Source: a bacterium (GTDB lineage Bacteria; Fidelibacterota; Fidelibacteria; Fidelibacterales; Fidelibacteraceae). Taken from it: a stretch of DNA of 64,000 nucleotides. Made by a program: the position numbers and the translations under genes. The stretch is taken from assembly GCA_963676395.1 (NCBI GenBank), contig OY781066.1, positions 1,408,001 through 1,472,000 of the forward strand. The letters run 5' to 3'. Positions 37,368-46,990 of this stretch are shown here, piece by piece. Every line of letters begins with the position of its first letter. Position 1 is the first letter of the stretch. The notes under the pieces were generated by a model. The model ran no database searches. It was not told the DNA's origin and saw only the letters and a list, made by a program, of their open reading frames with translations.

Positions 37368-39575
37368 ATGTTAGGAGTTCAAAACGCACTATTCTGGATC
37401 GTGCCCGCAACAGCGGTAATCGCATTGGTCTTTGCTTGGGTATTCTTCAAACAAATGATGAAAAATAGCGAAGGCACACCCAGAATGGCAGAAATTGCCG
37501 AGCACGTACGTAAAGGTGCTATGGCATATCTTAAACAACAGTACAAAGTTGTTATCATTGTCTTTATTGTTCTAACTATACTCTTTGCCTTAATGGCATA
37601 TGTATGGAAGGTACAGAACCCTTGGGTTCCTTTTGCCTTCTTGACCGGTGGATTTTTCTCGGGTCTTGCAGGTTTTTTTGGCATGAAAACAGCTACTTAC
37701 GCTTCAGCTCGAACAGCAAATGCTGCTCGCGAATCTTTGAACAAAGGTTTGCAGGTCGCTTTCCGCTCCGGTGCCGTTATGGGATTGGTTGTGGTTGGTT
37801 TGGCATTGCTTGATATCTCCATCTGGTACGTTGTGCTGAACGCATTTGTAGATCCCCATAATACTATGGATGCCGTACATAAAATGGCTATTATCACTAC
37901 AACCATGCTGACTTTCGGTATGGGTGCTTCTACTCAGGCTCTTTTTGCTCGTGTTGGTGGCGGTATCTACACTAAAGCTGCTGACGTCGGCGCCGACCTT
38001 GTTGGTAAAGTTGAAGCCGGTATTCCCGAAGATGATCCTCGTAACCCTGCAACCATTGCTGATAACGTTGGTGACAACGTGGGTGATGTTGCCGGTATGG
38101 GTGCCGATCTTTATGAATCATACGCCGGTTCTATTCTTGCAACAGCCGCCTTGGGTGCTGCTGCATTCATGACTGATCCAGGTAAACAGGTTTCAGCCGT
38201 ATTTGCTCCGATGATCATCGGTGCGGTTGGTACATTGCTTTCCATTATCGGTATCTTTGCTGTGCGTACAAAAGAAAACGCTTCGCAAAAATCACTTCTT
38301 GGTGCTTTGAGTCGCGGTACAAACCTTTCATCAGTTCTCATTATGGTTTTGTCTTTCTTCATTTTGAAGATCCTGAACATTGAAAACTATGTTGGTGTTT
38401 GGTTCTCTATTGTTATCGGTTTGATCACCGGTTGGGCAATTGGTAAAGAAACGGAATACTTTACATCAGAAGCATATAAACCTACTCAAAATATTGCAAA
38501 GCATGCAGAAACAGGTCCTGCCACTGTTATTATTAACGGTATTGGAACCGGTATGCTTTCAACCGCTTTTCCGGTATTGACTATCGTTGTCGGTACCATT
38601 CTTGCCTATCTTACCGCATCAGGGTGGGATTTCGCAAATATGAGTATGGGTCTTTACGGTATCGGTATTGCAGCTGTTGGTATGCTTTCAACACTTGGTA
38701 TTACACTTGCAACCGATGCTTACGGTCCTATCGCCGACAATGCCGGCGGTAATGCCGAAATGTCAGGCTTGGGAGAAGAAGTTCGCAAAAGAACTGACGC
38801 TCTTGATTCACTTGGTAATACAACCGCAGCAACCGGTAAAGGTTTTGCTATCGGTTCGGCAGCGTTAACGGCTCTTGCATTGCTTGCTTCTTACATTGAA
38901 GAAATTAAGATCGGTTTGATCCGTATTGGTGAAACTACGCTAACTATCGGTTCAAGAGTTGTTGAAACTACAACAGCATCTCTTTCGGATTTCATGGCTT
39001 ATTACGATGTGACTCTGATGAACCCCAAGGTTCTTATGGGCATGTTCATCGGTGCTATGATGGCTTTTATGTTCTGTGGTTTGACCATGAATGCTGTTGG
39101 TCGCGCAGCCGGTGCCATGGTTGATGAAGTTCGTCGTCAGTTCCGTGAAATTAAAGGAATTCTTACCGGTGAAACCGAACCCGATTACGCATCATGTGTT
39201 GAGATTTCAACGAAAGGCGCACAGAAAGAAATGCTTGTACCTTCATTACTTGCCATTGTTGCTCCGATCGTTGTTGGTTTGGTCTTTGGTGTTTCCGGAG
39301 TTATGGGTTTATTGACCGGTGGTTTGGCAGCCGGATTTTCATTGGCTATCTTTATGGCTAATGCCGGTGGTTCTTGGGACAATGCTAAAAAATACATTGA
39401 ATCGGGTGCACACGGTGGAAAAGGTTCCGAAGCTCATAAAGCTGCAGTTACCGGTGATACCGTTGGTGATCCTTTTAAAGATACCTCAGGTCCAAGTTTG
39501 AACATTCTTATCAAACTCATGACTATGGTTGCTATCGTAATGGCAGGCTTGACCGCTTCTTGGTCGCTTCTGTAA
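37368..39575 (+). CDS. hppA: Membrane ion-translocating pyrophosphatase, K+-dependent type
   Basis: [40 protein letters not shown] (Ala at the K+-dependence position), [14 protein letters not shown]. Confidence 0.97.
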   Translation: MLGVQNALFWIVPATAVIALVFAWVFFKQMMKNSEGTPRMAEIAEHVRKGAMAYLKQQYKVVIIVFIVLTILFALMAYVWKVQNPWVPFAFLTGGFFSGLAGFFGMKTATYASARTANAARESLNKGLQVAFRSGAVMGLVVVGLALLDISIWYVVLNAFVDPHNTMDAVHKMAIITTTMLTFGMGASTQALFARVGGGIYTKAADVGADLVGKVEAGIPEDDPRNPATIADNVGDNVGDVAGMGADLYESYAGSILATAALGAAAFMTDPGKQVSAVFAPMIIGAVGTLLSIIGIFAVRTKENASQKSLLGALSRGTNLSSVLIMVLSFFILKILNIENYVGVWFSIVIGLITGWAIGKETEYFTSEAYKPTQNIAKHAETGPATVIINGIGTGMLSTAFPVLTIVVGTILAYLTASGWDFANMSMGLYGIGIAAVGMLSTLGITLATDAYGPIADNAGGNAEMSGLGEEVRKRTDALDSLGNTTAATGKGFAIGSAALTALALLASYIEEIKIGLIRIGETTLTIGSRVVETTTASLSDFMAYYDVTLMNPKVLMGMFIGAMMAFMFCGLTMNAVGRAAGAMVDEVRRQFREIKGILTGETEPDYASCVEISTKGAQKEMLVPSLLAIVAPIVVGLVFGVSGVMGLLTGGLAAGFSLAIFMANAGGSWDNAKKYIESGAHGGKGSEAHKAAVTGDTVGDPFKDTSGPSLNILIKLMTMVAIVMAGLTASWSLL

Positions 39576-39623
39576 ATCGTGAGATGTAAAATGTAAGTCA
39601 TGAGACGGACATTTGATATAATC

Positions 39624-39657
39624 AAACCCTCTTGGTGTTAAGCTGAGAGGGTTTTTT
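39624..39657 (+). terminator. Intrinsic terminator
   Basis: AAACCCTCT...AGAGGGTTT followed by a T run. Confidence 0.85.
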
Positions 39658-39725
39658 GTTTCTTGTCTCTTGCATTTATATAGGGCTTTAATTAATATCT
39701 CACATCAATAAATAACAGAGGTCCT

Positions 39726-40646
39726 ATGCAAAACAACGACTATATTTCTCGTATTAATAAAGTTATGGATTTTATCGAAGCTAATTATGAAGAGGAATTG
39801 ACACTCGAAAAATTGGCATCTGTAGCGTGTTTTTCCAAGTATCATTTTTCAAGAATATTTCATGCCATGACCGGCGAAAGCTTATTTCAATTTATCTCAC
39901 GAGTTAGACTTGAGAAGTCAGCATCTTTATTGCTAGGGGATCCCAATAAGAGTATTACAGATGTCGCATTTCAATGCGGATTTAGTGATCTGTCGGTTTT
40001 TTCAAGAAACTTTAAGTCGTATTTTAATGTTTCTGCCGCCGAATACAGAAAAAATAAATATAGCAATAATCGTCAAACGCTTAGCAACGAGGGTCAAAAA
40101 AATGAGCGCGTTATTCCTTATTATTGTTCTGAAACGCAACAATTAAAATGGAGGAGTAGCATGAAGCTCAACAAAAGTATTGAAGTGAAAACCTTGCCAG
40201 ATATGACCGTAGCCTATGTCCGCTATGTTGGACCCTATGCCGGAGATGGCGCCCTGTTTGAACGATTATTCGGACAGCTGTTTGGATGGGCCGGTCCAAA
40301 AGGTTTGGCAGGTGGACCGGATGTCAAAACCTTGATTATCTATCACGATAACCCGGAGATCACAGATGATGCTAAATTGAGAACATCAGTGTGTTTAACG
40401 GTTCCCGAAGGCACTAAAGTTGATGGCGAAATTGGAAAAATGAAGCTTGATGGTGGTTTGTATGCCATTGGTCGCTTTAAGGTAAAAACCGATGAGTTCG
40501 GAGAAGCCTGGGATTTAATGTGTGGTAAATGGCTGCCTGAGAGCGGCTATCTGCCGGATGATCGCCCCAGCTTTGAAATGTATCCCGAAGAAATGAAGGA
40601 TGGAGTACATACGGTGGATATTTGTGTGCCGGTCAAAGCTAAATAA
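39726..40646 (+). CDS. AraC family regulator with a C-terminal GyrI-like effector-binding domain
   Basis: N-terminal SKYHFSRIF...CGFSD...FSRNFK double HTH; C-terminal YHDNPEIT, WLPESGY, FEMY. Confidence 0.93.
   Translation: MQNNDYISRINKVMDFIEANYEEELTLEKLASVACFSKYHFSRIFHAMTGESLFQFISRVRLEKSASLLLGDPNKSITDVAFQCGFSDLSVFSRNFKSYFNVSAAEYRKNKYSNNRQTLSNEGQKNERVIPYYCSETQQLKWRSSMKLNKSIEVKTLPDMTVAYVRYVGPYAGDGALFERLFGQLFGWAGPKGLAGGPDVKTLIIYHDNPEITDDAKLRTSVCLTVPEGTKVDGEIGKMKLDGGLYAIGRFKVKTDEFGEAWDLMCGKWLPESGYLPDDRPSFEMYPEEMKDGVHTVDICVPVKAK
40061..40163 (+). promoter_or_regulatory. Candidate intragenic AraC-type operator, promoter and RBS
   Basis: TAGCAA-N5-GTCAAA twice at 21-bp period (40061, 40082), TATTAT at 40119, GGAGGAG at 40150, in-frame ATG at 40161. 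Confidence 0.55.
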
Positions 40647-40680
40647 TAATTAAAATTCAATATTGAATGCTTAATGGAAT

Positions 40681-40713
40681 AAAGAGCCCTTGCTGTAAAT
40701 GCGGGGCTCTTTT
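40681..40713 (+). terminator. Intrinsic terminator
   Basis: AAAGAGCCCT...GGGGCTCTTT(T). Confidence 0.8.
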
Positions 40714-40900
40714 GGGTTGATCGAATAACGAACATTCGAGTGCTTGTTCTTTAGCAAATCATAAATCATTTTCATTCATTTGCTCACGTAAATTGATTGC
40801 TTTTTTGTTTCTGGGGATTTGTCTCTTGTCTCTTGTTTTCAAAGGCTATATTTATTACATTTTGGTGCTATTATCGAAACTAATTATGAAGGATTTTAAG

Positions 40901-42052
40901 ATGGCTGAATCAAAACGACTAGTTGCATTAGATGTATTCAGAGGAGCCACTGTTGCCCTGATGATCCTTGTAAATAATCCCGGTTCATGGGGTGCTCAGT
41001 ATCCTGCATTAAAACATGCAGCATGGCATGGCTGGACACCTACAGACTTTGTTTTTCCATTTTTCTTATTTATCGTTGGTGTTGCGATGGCTTTTGCTTT
41101 TCGTAAATATGATTATGAATTGAATAAGGATGCCAAAAAAAAGATCATTAAAAGAACACTGATCTTATATGGAATTGGAATATTTTTGGCCTTGTTAAGG
41201 CCGGTAAGCGGCGCGAATTTCGGTGAAGTTATTCATAATCTTTTTGCAAATTGGCGATTGGTTGGTGTGTTCCCCCGAATTGCCTTGTGTTATCTATTTG
41301 CTTCGTTGATCGTCCTGAAATTCAGTCATAAAACCGTTATTTGGATATCTGTCTCAATTTTAGTCGGCTATTGGGTATTGTTAGCCGCCACCGGTGGATA
41401 TGGTATCGAAGATGTTTTGGTAAGAAAATTTGATCTTGCAATATTGGGTGATGGTCATATGTATCACGGGTATCGTGATTCACTGGGTAATCGTATTGCT
41501 TTTGATCCAGAAGGTCTATTAAGCACTCTTCCCGCAATTGTTACCACCATACTTGGTTATTTTACCGGTATGCTTATTTTAAAAACACCGGATAAAAAAG
41601 AATTGGTGAAAAAGATCCTTATTCGTGGAGCTGCTTTTCTTGCCTTAGGTTTGGTTTGGGGTCTGTTTTTTCCAATCAATAAACCTATCTGGTCTTCATC
41701 TTATGTTGTATTAATGGGTGGTTGGGCCATGATATTCTTAGGCCTGTCAATTCTAGTTATTGATGTGCTCGGATGGAAGGGTGCAACTGAGCCTTTTGTT
41801 GTATTTGGTTCAAATCCACTATTTATATTTGTATTATCAGCGCTTTATGCAAAAACGATCGCCTTTTTTAAATTTATTCCTATGGGTGATAAGCTTGTAG
41901 GTATTAAAACATGGGTGTTTTATAACTGGTTTATGCCAATGGCAAATTATTCCAAGATAGATGCTTCTTTGTTATTTGCTTTAACAACGATTACGATCTT
42001 TTGGGCAATTTCATTAGTCCTTTATAAGAAAAAAATATTTATCAAAATATAG
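40901..42052 (+). CDS. HGSNAT/NagX-like membrane acyltransferase-family protein
   Basis: RLVALDVFRG, LVNNPG, HAAWHG, DFVFPFFLFIVG, DPEGLLST, PINKPIWSSSY; start moved to ATG 40901. Confidence 0.85.
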   Translation: MAESKRLVALDVFRGATVALMILVNNPGSWGAQYPALKHAAWHGWTPTDFVFPFFLFIVGVAMAFAFRKYDYELNKDAKKKIIKRTLILYGIGIFLALLRPVSGANFGEVIHNLFANWRLVGVFPRIALCYLFASLIVLKFSHKTVIWISVSILVGYWVLLAATGGYGIEDVLVRKFDLAILGDGHMYHGYRDSLGNRIAFDPEGLLSTLPAIVTTILGYFTGMLILKTPDKKELVKKILIRGAAFLALGLVWGLFFPINKPIWSSSYVVLMGGWAMIFLGLSILVIDVLGWKGATEPFVVFGSNPLFIFVLSALYAKTIAFFKFIPMGDKLVGIKTWVFYNWFMPMANYSKIDASLLFALTTITIFWAISLVLYKKKIFIKI

Positions 42053-42061
42053 GAGAAGATC

Positions 42062-43297
42062 ATGAAAAAGAAACTAAATGTAATATTACTATGTATTTTA
42101 GCTGTCTCCATATTGATTGCAAAGCCGAAAGTCAAGCTGGGTATTGATGTGCTGGAAGATCGTGGATTTGATCTTTTAAAAGGGAAAAAAGTTGCCTTGA
42201 TCACCAATCCCACGGGTGTAAGTCAGGATCTTCGTTCTACGGTTGATATCCTTTTTGAAGCACCTGAAGTTGAACTCGTTGCTCTTTTTGGTCCCGAACA
42301 TGGTGTTCGTGGAAATTTCTTTGCCGGCGATAAAGTTGATGATGATATAGATCCACTCACAGGAGTTCCTGTTTATTCATTATATGGTAAACGTAAACGA
42401 CCCACTCCAGAGTCACTCAAAGATGTAGATGTATTGATTTTTGATATTCAGGATATTGGCTGTCGTTCTTATACCTATATTAGTACAATGGGTCGTTGCA
42501 TGGAAGCTGCGGCAGAAAACGATGTTGAGTTTATGGTCCTCGATCGTCCCAATCCTTTAACCGGAAATATTGTTGAAGGTGCTACGGTAAAAGATGGTTT
42601 CCATTCAGGTGTTTCGGCCTATAAAATTCCCTATGTTCATGGCTTGACTATCGGTGAATTGGCTCAAGTTTATAATGAAGAGGGTTTGCTTAGAAATGGT
42701 GATAAATGCAAGCTGACCGTAGTGCCTATGAAGGGTTGGAAACGTAAAATGGCATTTGATGATACCGGTCTTCAGTGGGTACCTTCATCACCTCATATTC
42801 CAGAAGGTAATACACCACCATATTATGTTTCTACAGGTGTTATTGGTGAATTCTATCAATTGAATATTGGTGTTGGCTATACGATTCCTTTTAAATGTTA
42901 TGCGGCTGAATGGATAGATGGCAATGAGCTGGCTAAAGAAATGAATGCTCTTGGTTTAGAAGGAGTAACGTTCAGACCGATCGCTTATGACCCATTTTAC
43001 GGTGCAGACAAAGGGAAGCATGTACAAGGTGTACAGATTCATATTACAGATTTTAAAAAAGTGGAACTCATGTACTTGCAATTCCGTTTCTTAGAAGTAC
43101 ACTATCGCTTGTATCCCGAACATGATCTGTTTGAAATGAGTAAGAATCGCTGGAGAATGTTCGACTTGGTTTGTGGAACTGATGAAATTAGAACTGAATT
43201 TATGAAAAACCACAAATTTGAAGATATTAAGCCCATATTTGAAAGGGATGTAAACGAATTTAAAGAAATGTCTAAGAAATATTATCTTTATAGATAG
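42062..43297 (+). CDS. namZ: Exo-beta-N-acetylmuramidase NamZ family (DUF1343)
   Basis: Signal peptide, LFGPEHG, VYSLYG, FDIQDIGCRSYTY, LDRPNP, HGLTIGE, WVPSSPHIP. Confidence 0.9.
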   Translation: MKKKLNVILLCILAVSILIAKPKVKLGIDVLEDRGFDLLKGKKVALITNPTGVSQDLRSTVDILFEAPEVELVALFGPEHGVRGNFFAGDKVDDDIDPLTGVPVYSLYGKRKRPTPESLKDVDVLIFDIQDIGCRSYTYISTMGRCMEAAAENDVEFMVLDRPNPLTGNIVEGATVKDGFHSGVSAYKIPYVHGLTIGELAQVYNEEGLLRNGDKCKLTVVPMKGWKRKMAFDDTGLQWVPSSPHIPEGNTPPYYVSTGVIGEFYQLNIGVGYTIPFKCYAAEWIDGNELAKEMNALGLEGVTFRPIAYDPFYGADKGKHVQGVQIHITDFKKVELMYLQFRFLEVHYRLYPEHDLFEMSKNRWRMFDLVCGTDEIRTEFMKNHKFEDIKPIFERDVNEFKEMSKKYYLYR

Positions 43298-43305
43298 GAG
43301 TTAAA

Positions 43306-46300
43306 ATGAAAAAAGTGTTGAGTGTATTATTGCTTTTTTGCCTGATGGCAGGAATGCTTTTTGCTACGGAAAACAGAGAGTTTCGTGCAACCTGGTCTAG
43401 GACTTGGGACCAATATTCAAGTTCATTGGGTGCTGAAGCTTTAAAGGCAAGAACAGATGCTATTCTTGATAAACATGTGGAAGCCGGTATGAATGCCGTG
43501 TTATGGCATGTGCGTCAGGGTGGAACGGTTTATTATCCTTCTGCTATTGAACCATGGGGTCCATATTTGGGGTACTCTGATCCAGGTTACGATCCTTTGG
43601 AATATGCTATTAAAGAAGCGCATAAGCGTGGGCTTGAGGTGCATGTATGGTTTAATACTTTTCATTGCTCAAGTACACATACCGGAGCCCCTGCGGAAGA
43701 ACATCCCGAGTGGGTATGTCGGGATGGTGATGGCAATCCAATGGGATCATCCAAATCTTTATCTCCGGGCTTGAAAGACGTTAGAGATTATACCATCAAT
43801 CTGGTAGTAGAGATTGTTAGTAATTATGATATTGATGGTATCCATTTTGATTATGTTCGTTGGAATGAGTATGATAATACCGAAGCTGGTATTATGTTTG
43901 CGAAACAGGCTGAAGAACTTGAACTCGGTGATGGTGAATATACACCTGAAATGCAATCGTATTTCGAAGATCGTGACAGAAAAGAACATGAAAATTCATT
44001 AAATAAATCAACGGTAAATACTGCAAGTAATAAGTATTTATTTGATATTGAACATCCTGAAAGCGGTGGAATTCCGGACAGTACGGATTTGTACCCCAAT
44101 GCAACGCCTGGTGTTAAATTTGCTTCTTGGGGAGATTGGCGTCGAGGTGCTACAAGTGTATTTGTTAAAGCAGCCCATGATACTGTACAACAAATTAAGC
44201 CTTGGGTTAAAGTTTCTCCCGCCGCATTAGGTCGTTATAAAGAAGCCAGTTGGAATGGATATTACTCTGTATTCCAGGATGCAGCTAAGTGGTTTAATGA
44301 GGGGTGGATTGATCTATTGACACCTATGTGCTATCATTGGTATTCCGGAAGCACTATGAAGAGTCATTTGATAAGTGACTGGCAATCAAATTTATCAGGT
44401 GGTAGATCCGTTGGTCGCCCATTTTCTGTTGGACCGGGTTCATATCTTATGGAAAATAATTGGAGTGCTCATAAAAGTATTGTAGATGCATGCCGTACAC
44501 TGGATTGGGTTAAAGGTTTTCAATTTTATTCCTACGGAGAGTGGAAATATTCAATTTTTCCGACAGAAAGTTCACATTCGGTTTTTGCATATTTATCAAA
44601 ACATCCCGAGTATGCATTTTTGAATGCTACGGTACCTCCTACACCTTCTGTAGCCATTGTACCACAATCGGGCAATGACTCGTTATATACTTTAAATATC
44701 ACGCCTGATCCCAGTATCTCAGATGATCAGTGGTTTGTGATCTATCGTTCAAATGATAGTAATATTGATGTTAATAGCGATGAAATCATTCAAATTGTAT
44801 TTGCTGATTCTGCCTTTTCATTGCAAGAATACTTTAATGGTCTGCAGAAAAATGCAGGTCGTTATTATTATGGTGTAACACAGTGTTCACGTTATTGGGT
44901 CGAATCACCTGTATCAAATATTGTATCAACCGCTGACCTACCCAGCGATCTTCCTATTATTGTGGTAAATGATCCTGTGGATGGCGCTGTTAATGTTCCT
45001 AATAACAAAGTTGTTGAAATCAACTTTAATAAAAGTATGGATGCAGCATCTGTTGAAGCAAACTTAACGATTAGTCCTGAACCTGTAAATAAAGTAATAT
45101 CCTGGGATAACCCCAGTTGGGTAAAAGACGATCATTTGGTTTTATATATTTCAGCATCATGGGCTTTTGATACAGAATATACCATTACCGTTGGTGGCAG
45201 CACTTTAGATCAGGCTGGCTTGAACTTGGATGCTAATGTTGACGGCACTGCCGGTGATGATTATACTTTTTCATTTACAATTTCAAGTGCAGATTCTGAA
45301 CCACCTGTCATTTCCTTTGCGTACCCCGATGAAGGAGAGTCTATGGTTGATACAGACTTGCCTGTAACATTGATTTTCAATGAAAGATTAAATACATCTA
45401 CATTGGCAGGTAAATTCCTATTTCAATATACCGATTTGGAAATTGAACCATCCTATACGGTATTTACCGGTAGCGATGATCTCACCTATATTAATGTGAA
45501 ACCGGCTTCTTATTTTCCTGCATCTTCAAGTATTACATTGCAAATGTTAGCGGGAATTGCCGATACTGCCGGAAATGAAATGGGTGCAGAAAGTATTACA
45601 TTCGAAACGGATAGTACTCACTACGTGAGAAGAAAATTGGTAGATTATTTTCTTTCCGAAAATGCTTGGTGGGGAGCAACTAACTCAGGTTCTACCAGTG
45701 GTTTAAATGGTAGCGGCTCAACGACGAATATTCAGAGTACAAATCGTGTTTCCGGTTTTGCTCCTGACTACAAAGCCTTGAAAATTGTATTGGACCCGGT
45801 TTCCGATACGTGGTTTGCTCGAATACATAATCCTGACTTGAAAAATAATTCTAATATTGATACATCCATGAACATGCAAGCTTATGTTTATGGTGACGGA
45901 AGTGGATATAAATTTAGATTTAGCTTAGCTGAACGATCAGGCGCTAATTTGTTTGAAGTGTCACCATGGTTTACGGTTGATTGGATTGGTTGGAAACTTG
46001 TTGAGTGGGATATCAGCGATACCAAGAACTTTGGTGATTGGGGTGGTATGACCGGTAAAACGCTTGATGGAACTTCTTATGGTTTAGAATCATTGCAGTT
46101 TGCTTCGGGTGATATTGATCCTCAGCACACTGTTACATGTTATGTTGATCAGATAAGGACAGTTGATAAACTTGAAGGTCCTTATCCCGAAAACCATCGT
46201 CCAACGATCGAGGCGATTGCTGATACGACAGTTAAACCGGCAACTTCCGTATATTATTATGCTGAATATAGTGATCCTGATCCTTCGGATGCTTTAACTC

Positions 46301-46767
46301 TATTCGTTATTCCCGATACTTCTGCTGTATCAATTAGACATTATAGCAGTCCGGCGAATAAGGTCAGATTAAAAGCGGCATCCGATTATACAGGTGCTTG
46401 TGATGTTCTGTTTGTTATCAAAGATAACGGTATCGGTGAATTGTCTGATACGGCAAAATTTACATTTAATGTTTCTATGAACCCTGCCGTAGTAGATGTA
46501 CCGGAAAGCTTTAAACTGCATGCTAATTATCCCAATCCTTTTAATCCGGTGACTACCTTGCGTTTCGATCTGCCTAAAGCAGATAATGTAAAGGTTGAGA
46601 TCTTTAATACTGTTGGACGACTTGTTTCAGTATTGACAGATCGTTATATGGAAGCCGGATCATGGGAAGTCAATTTTGATGCCTCATTCTTGAGCTCGGG
46701 TGTTTATTTATATAAGGTAACAGCCGGAACGGATGTAGCTGTTGATAAGATGACCTTGCTTAAGTAA
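43306..46767 (+). CDS. Secreted GHL10 (DUF187) glycoside hydrolase with Ig-like domains and a C-terminal sorting domain
   Basis: REFRATW, YDPLEYAIKEAHKRGLEVHVW, YDIDGIHFDY, QDAAKW; two SbsA/Big_5-like domains (INFNKSMD, IFNERLN); YPNPFNP...KMTLLK. Confidence 0.85.
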   Translation: MKKVLSVLLLFCLMAGMLFATENREFRATWSRTWDQYSSSLGAEALKARTDAILDKHVEAGMNAVLWHVRQGGTVYYPSAIEPWGPYLGYSDPGYDPLEYAIKEAHKRGLEVHVWFNTFHCSSTHTGAPAEEHPEWVCRDGDGNPMGSSKSLSPGLKDVRDYTINLVVEIVSNYDIDGIHFDYVRWNEYDNTEAGIMFAKQAEELELGDGEYTPEMQSYFEDRDRKEHENSLNKSTVNTASNKYLFDIEHPESGGIPDSTDLYPNATPGVKFASWGDWRRGATSVFVKAAHDTVQQIKPWVKVSPAALGRYKEASWNGYYSVFQDAAKWFNEGWIDLLTPMCYHWYSGSTMKSHLISDWQSNLSGGRSVGRPFSVGPGSYLMENNWSAHKSIVDACRTLDWVKGFQFYSYGEWKYSIFPTESSHSVFAYLSKHPEYAFLNATVPPTPSVAIVPQSGNDSLYTLNITPDPSISDDQWFVIYRSNDSNIDVNSDEIIQIVFADSAFSLQEYFNGLQKNAGRYYYGVTQCSRYWVESPVSNIVSTADLPSDLPIIVVNDPVDGAVNVPNNKVVEINFNKSMDAASVEANLTISPEPVNKVISWDNPSWVKDDHLVLYISASWAFDTEYTITVGGSTLDQAGLNLDANVDGTAGDDYTFSFTISSADSEPPVISFAYPDEGESMVDTDLPVTLIFNERLNTSTLAGKFLFQYTDLEIEPSYTVFTGSDDLTYINVKPASYFPASSSITLQMLAGIADTAGNEMGAESITFETDSTHYVRRKLVDYFLSENAWWGATNSGSTSGLNGSGSTTNIQSTNRVSGFAPDYKALKIVLDPVSDTWFARIHNPDLKNNSNIDTSMNMQAYVYGDGSGYKFRFSLAERSGANLFEVSPWFTVDWIGWKLVEWDISDTKNFGDWGGMTGKTLDGTSYGLESLQFASGDIDPQHTVTCYVDQIRTVDKLEGPYPENHRPTIEAIADTTVKPATSVYYYAEYSDPDPSDALTLFVIPDTSAVSIRHYSSPANKVRLKAASDYTGACDVLFVIKDNGIGELSDTAKFTFNVSMNPAVVDVPESFKLHANYPNPFNPVTTLRFDLPKADNVKVEIFNTVGRLVSVLTDRYMEAGSWEVNFDASFLSSGVYLYKVTAGTDVAVDKMTLLK

Positions 46768-46794
46768 AAGGAAAAAAATTAATAGTAAAAAAGT

Positions 46795-46822
46795 AGGGCG
46801 ACTGTTTAGTCGCCCTTTTTTT
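46795..46822 (+). terminator. Intrinsic terminator
   Basis: AGGGCGACT-gttt-AGTCGCCCT followed by T6. Confidence 0.9.
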
Positions 46823-46990
46823 ATGGGGTACATTCATACGATCGCATTAATATATGTTCAATAGACTTTGTCTTATTTACTATGACTTCTTTTTCAAAAA
46901 AAACCCCATGTTTTTCCATCTTTGAATTGTTATATTATGCCATTGTAAAATAGGCTAATCATACTATTATTGTTCAATGGGAGATTTACA

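Noticed and set aside
46830..46990. Rex box upstream of rnfC
   Set aside because: No convincing TTGTGAA-N4-TTCACAA match.
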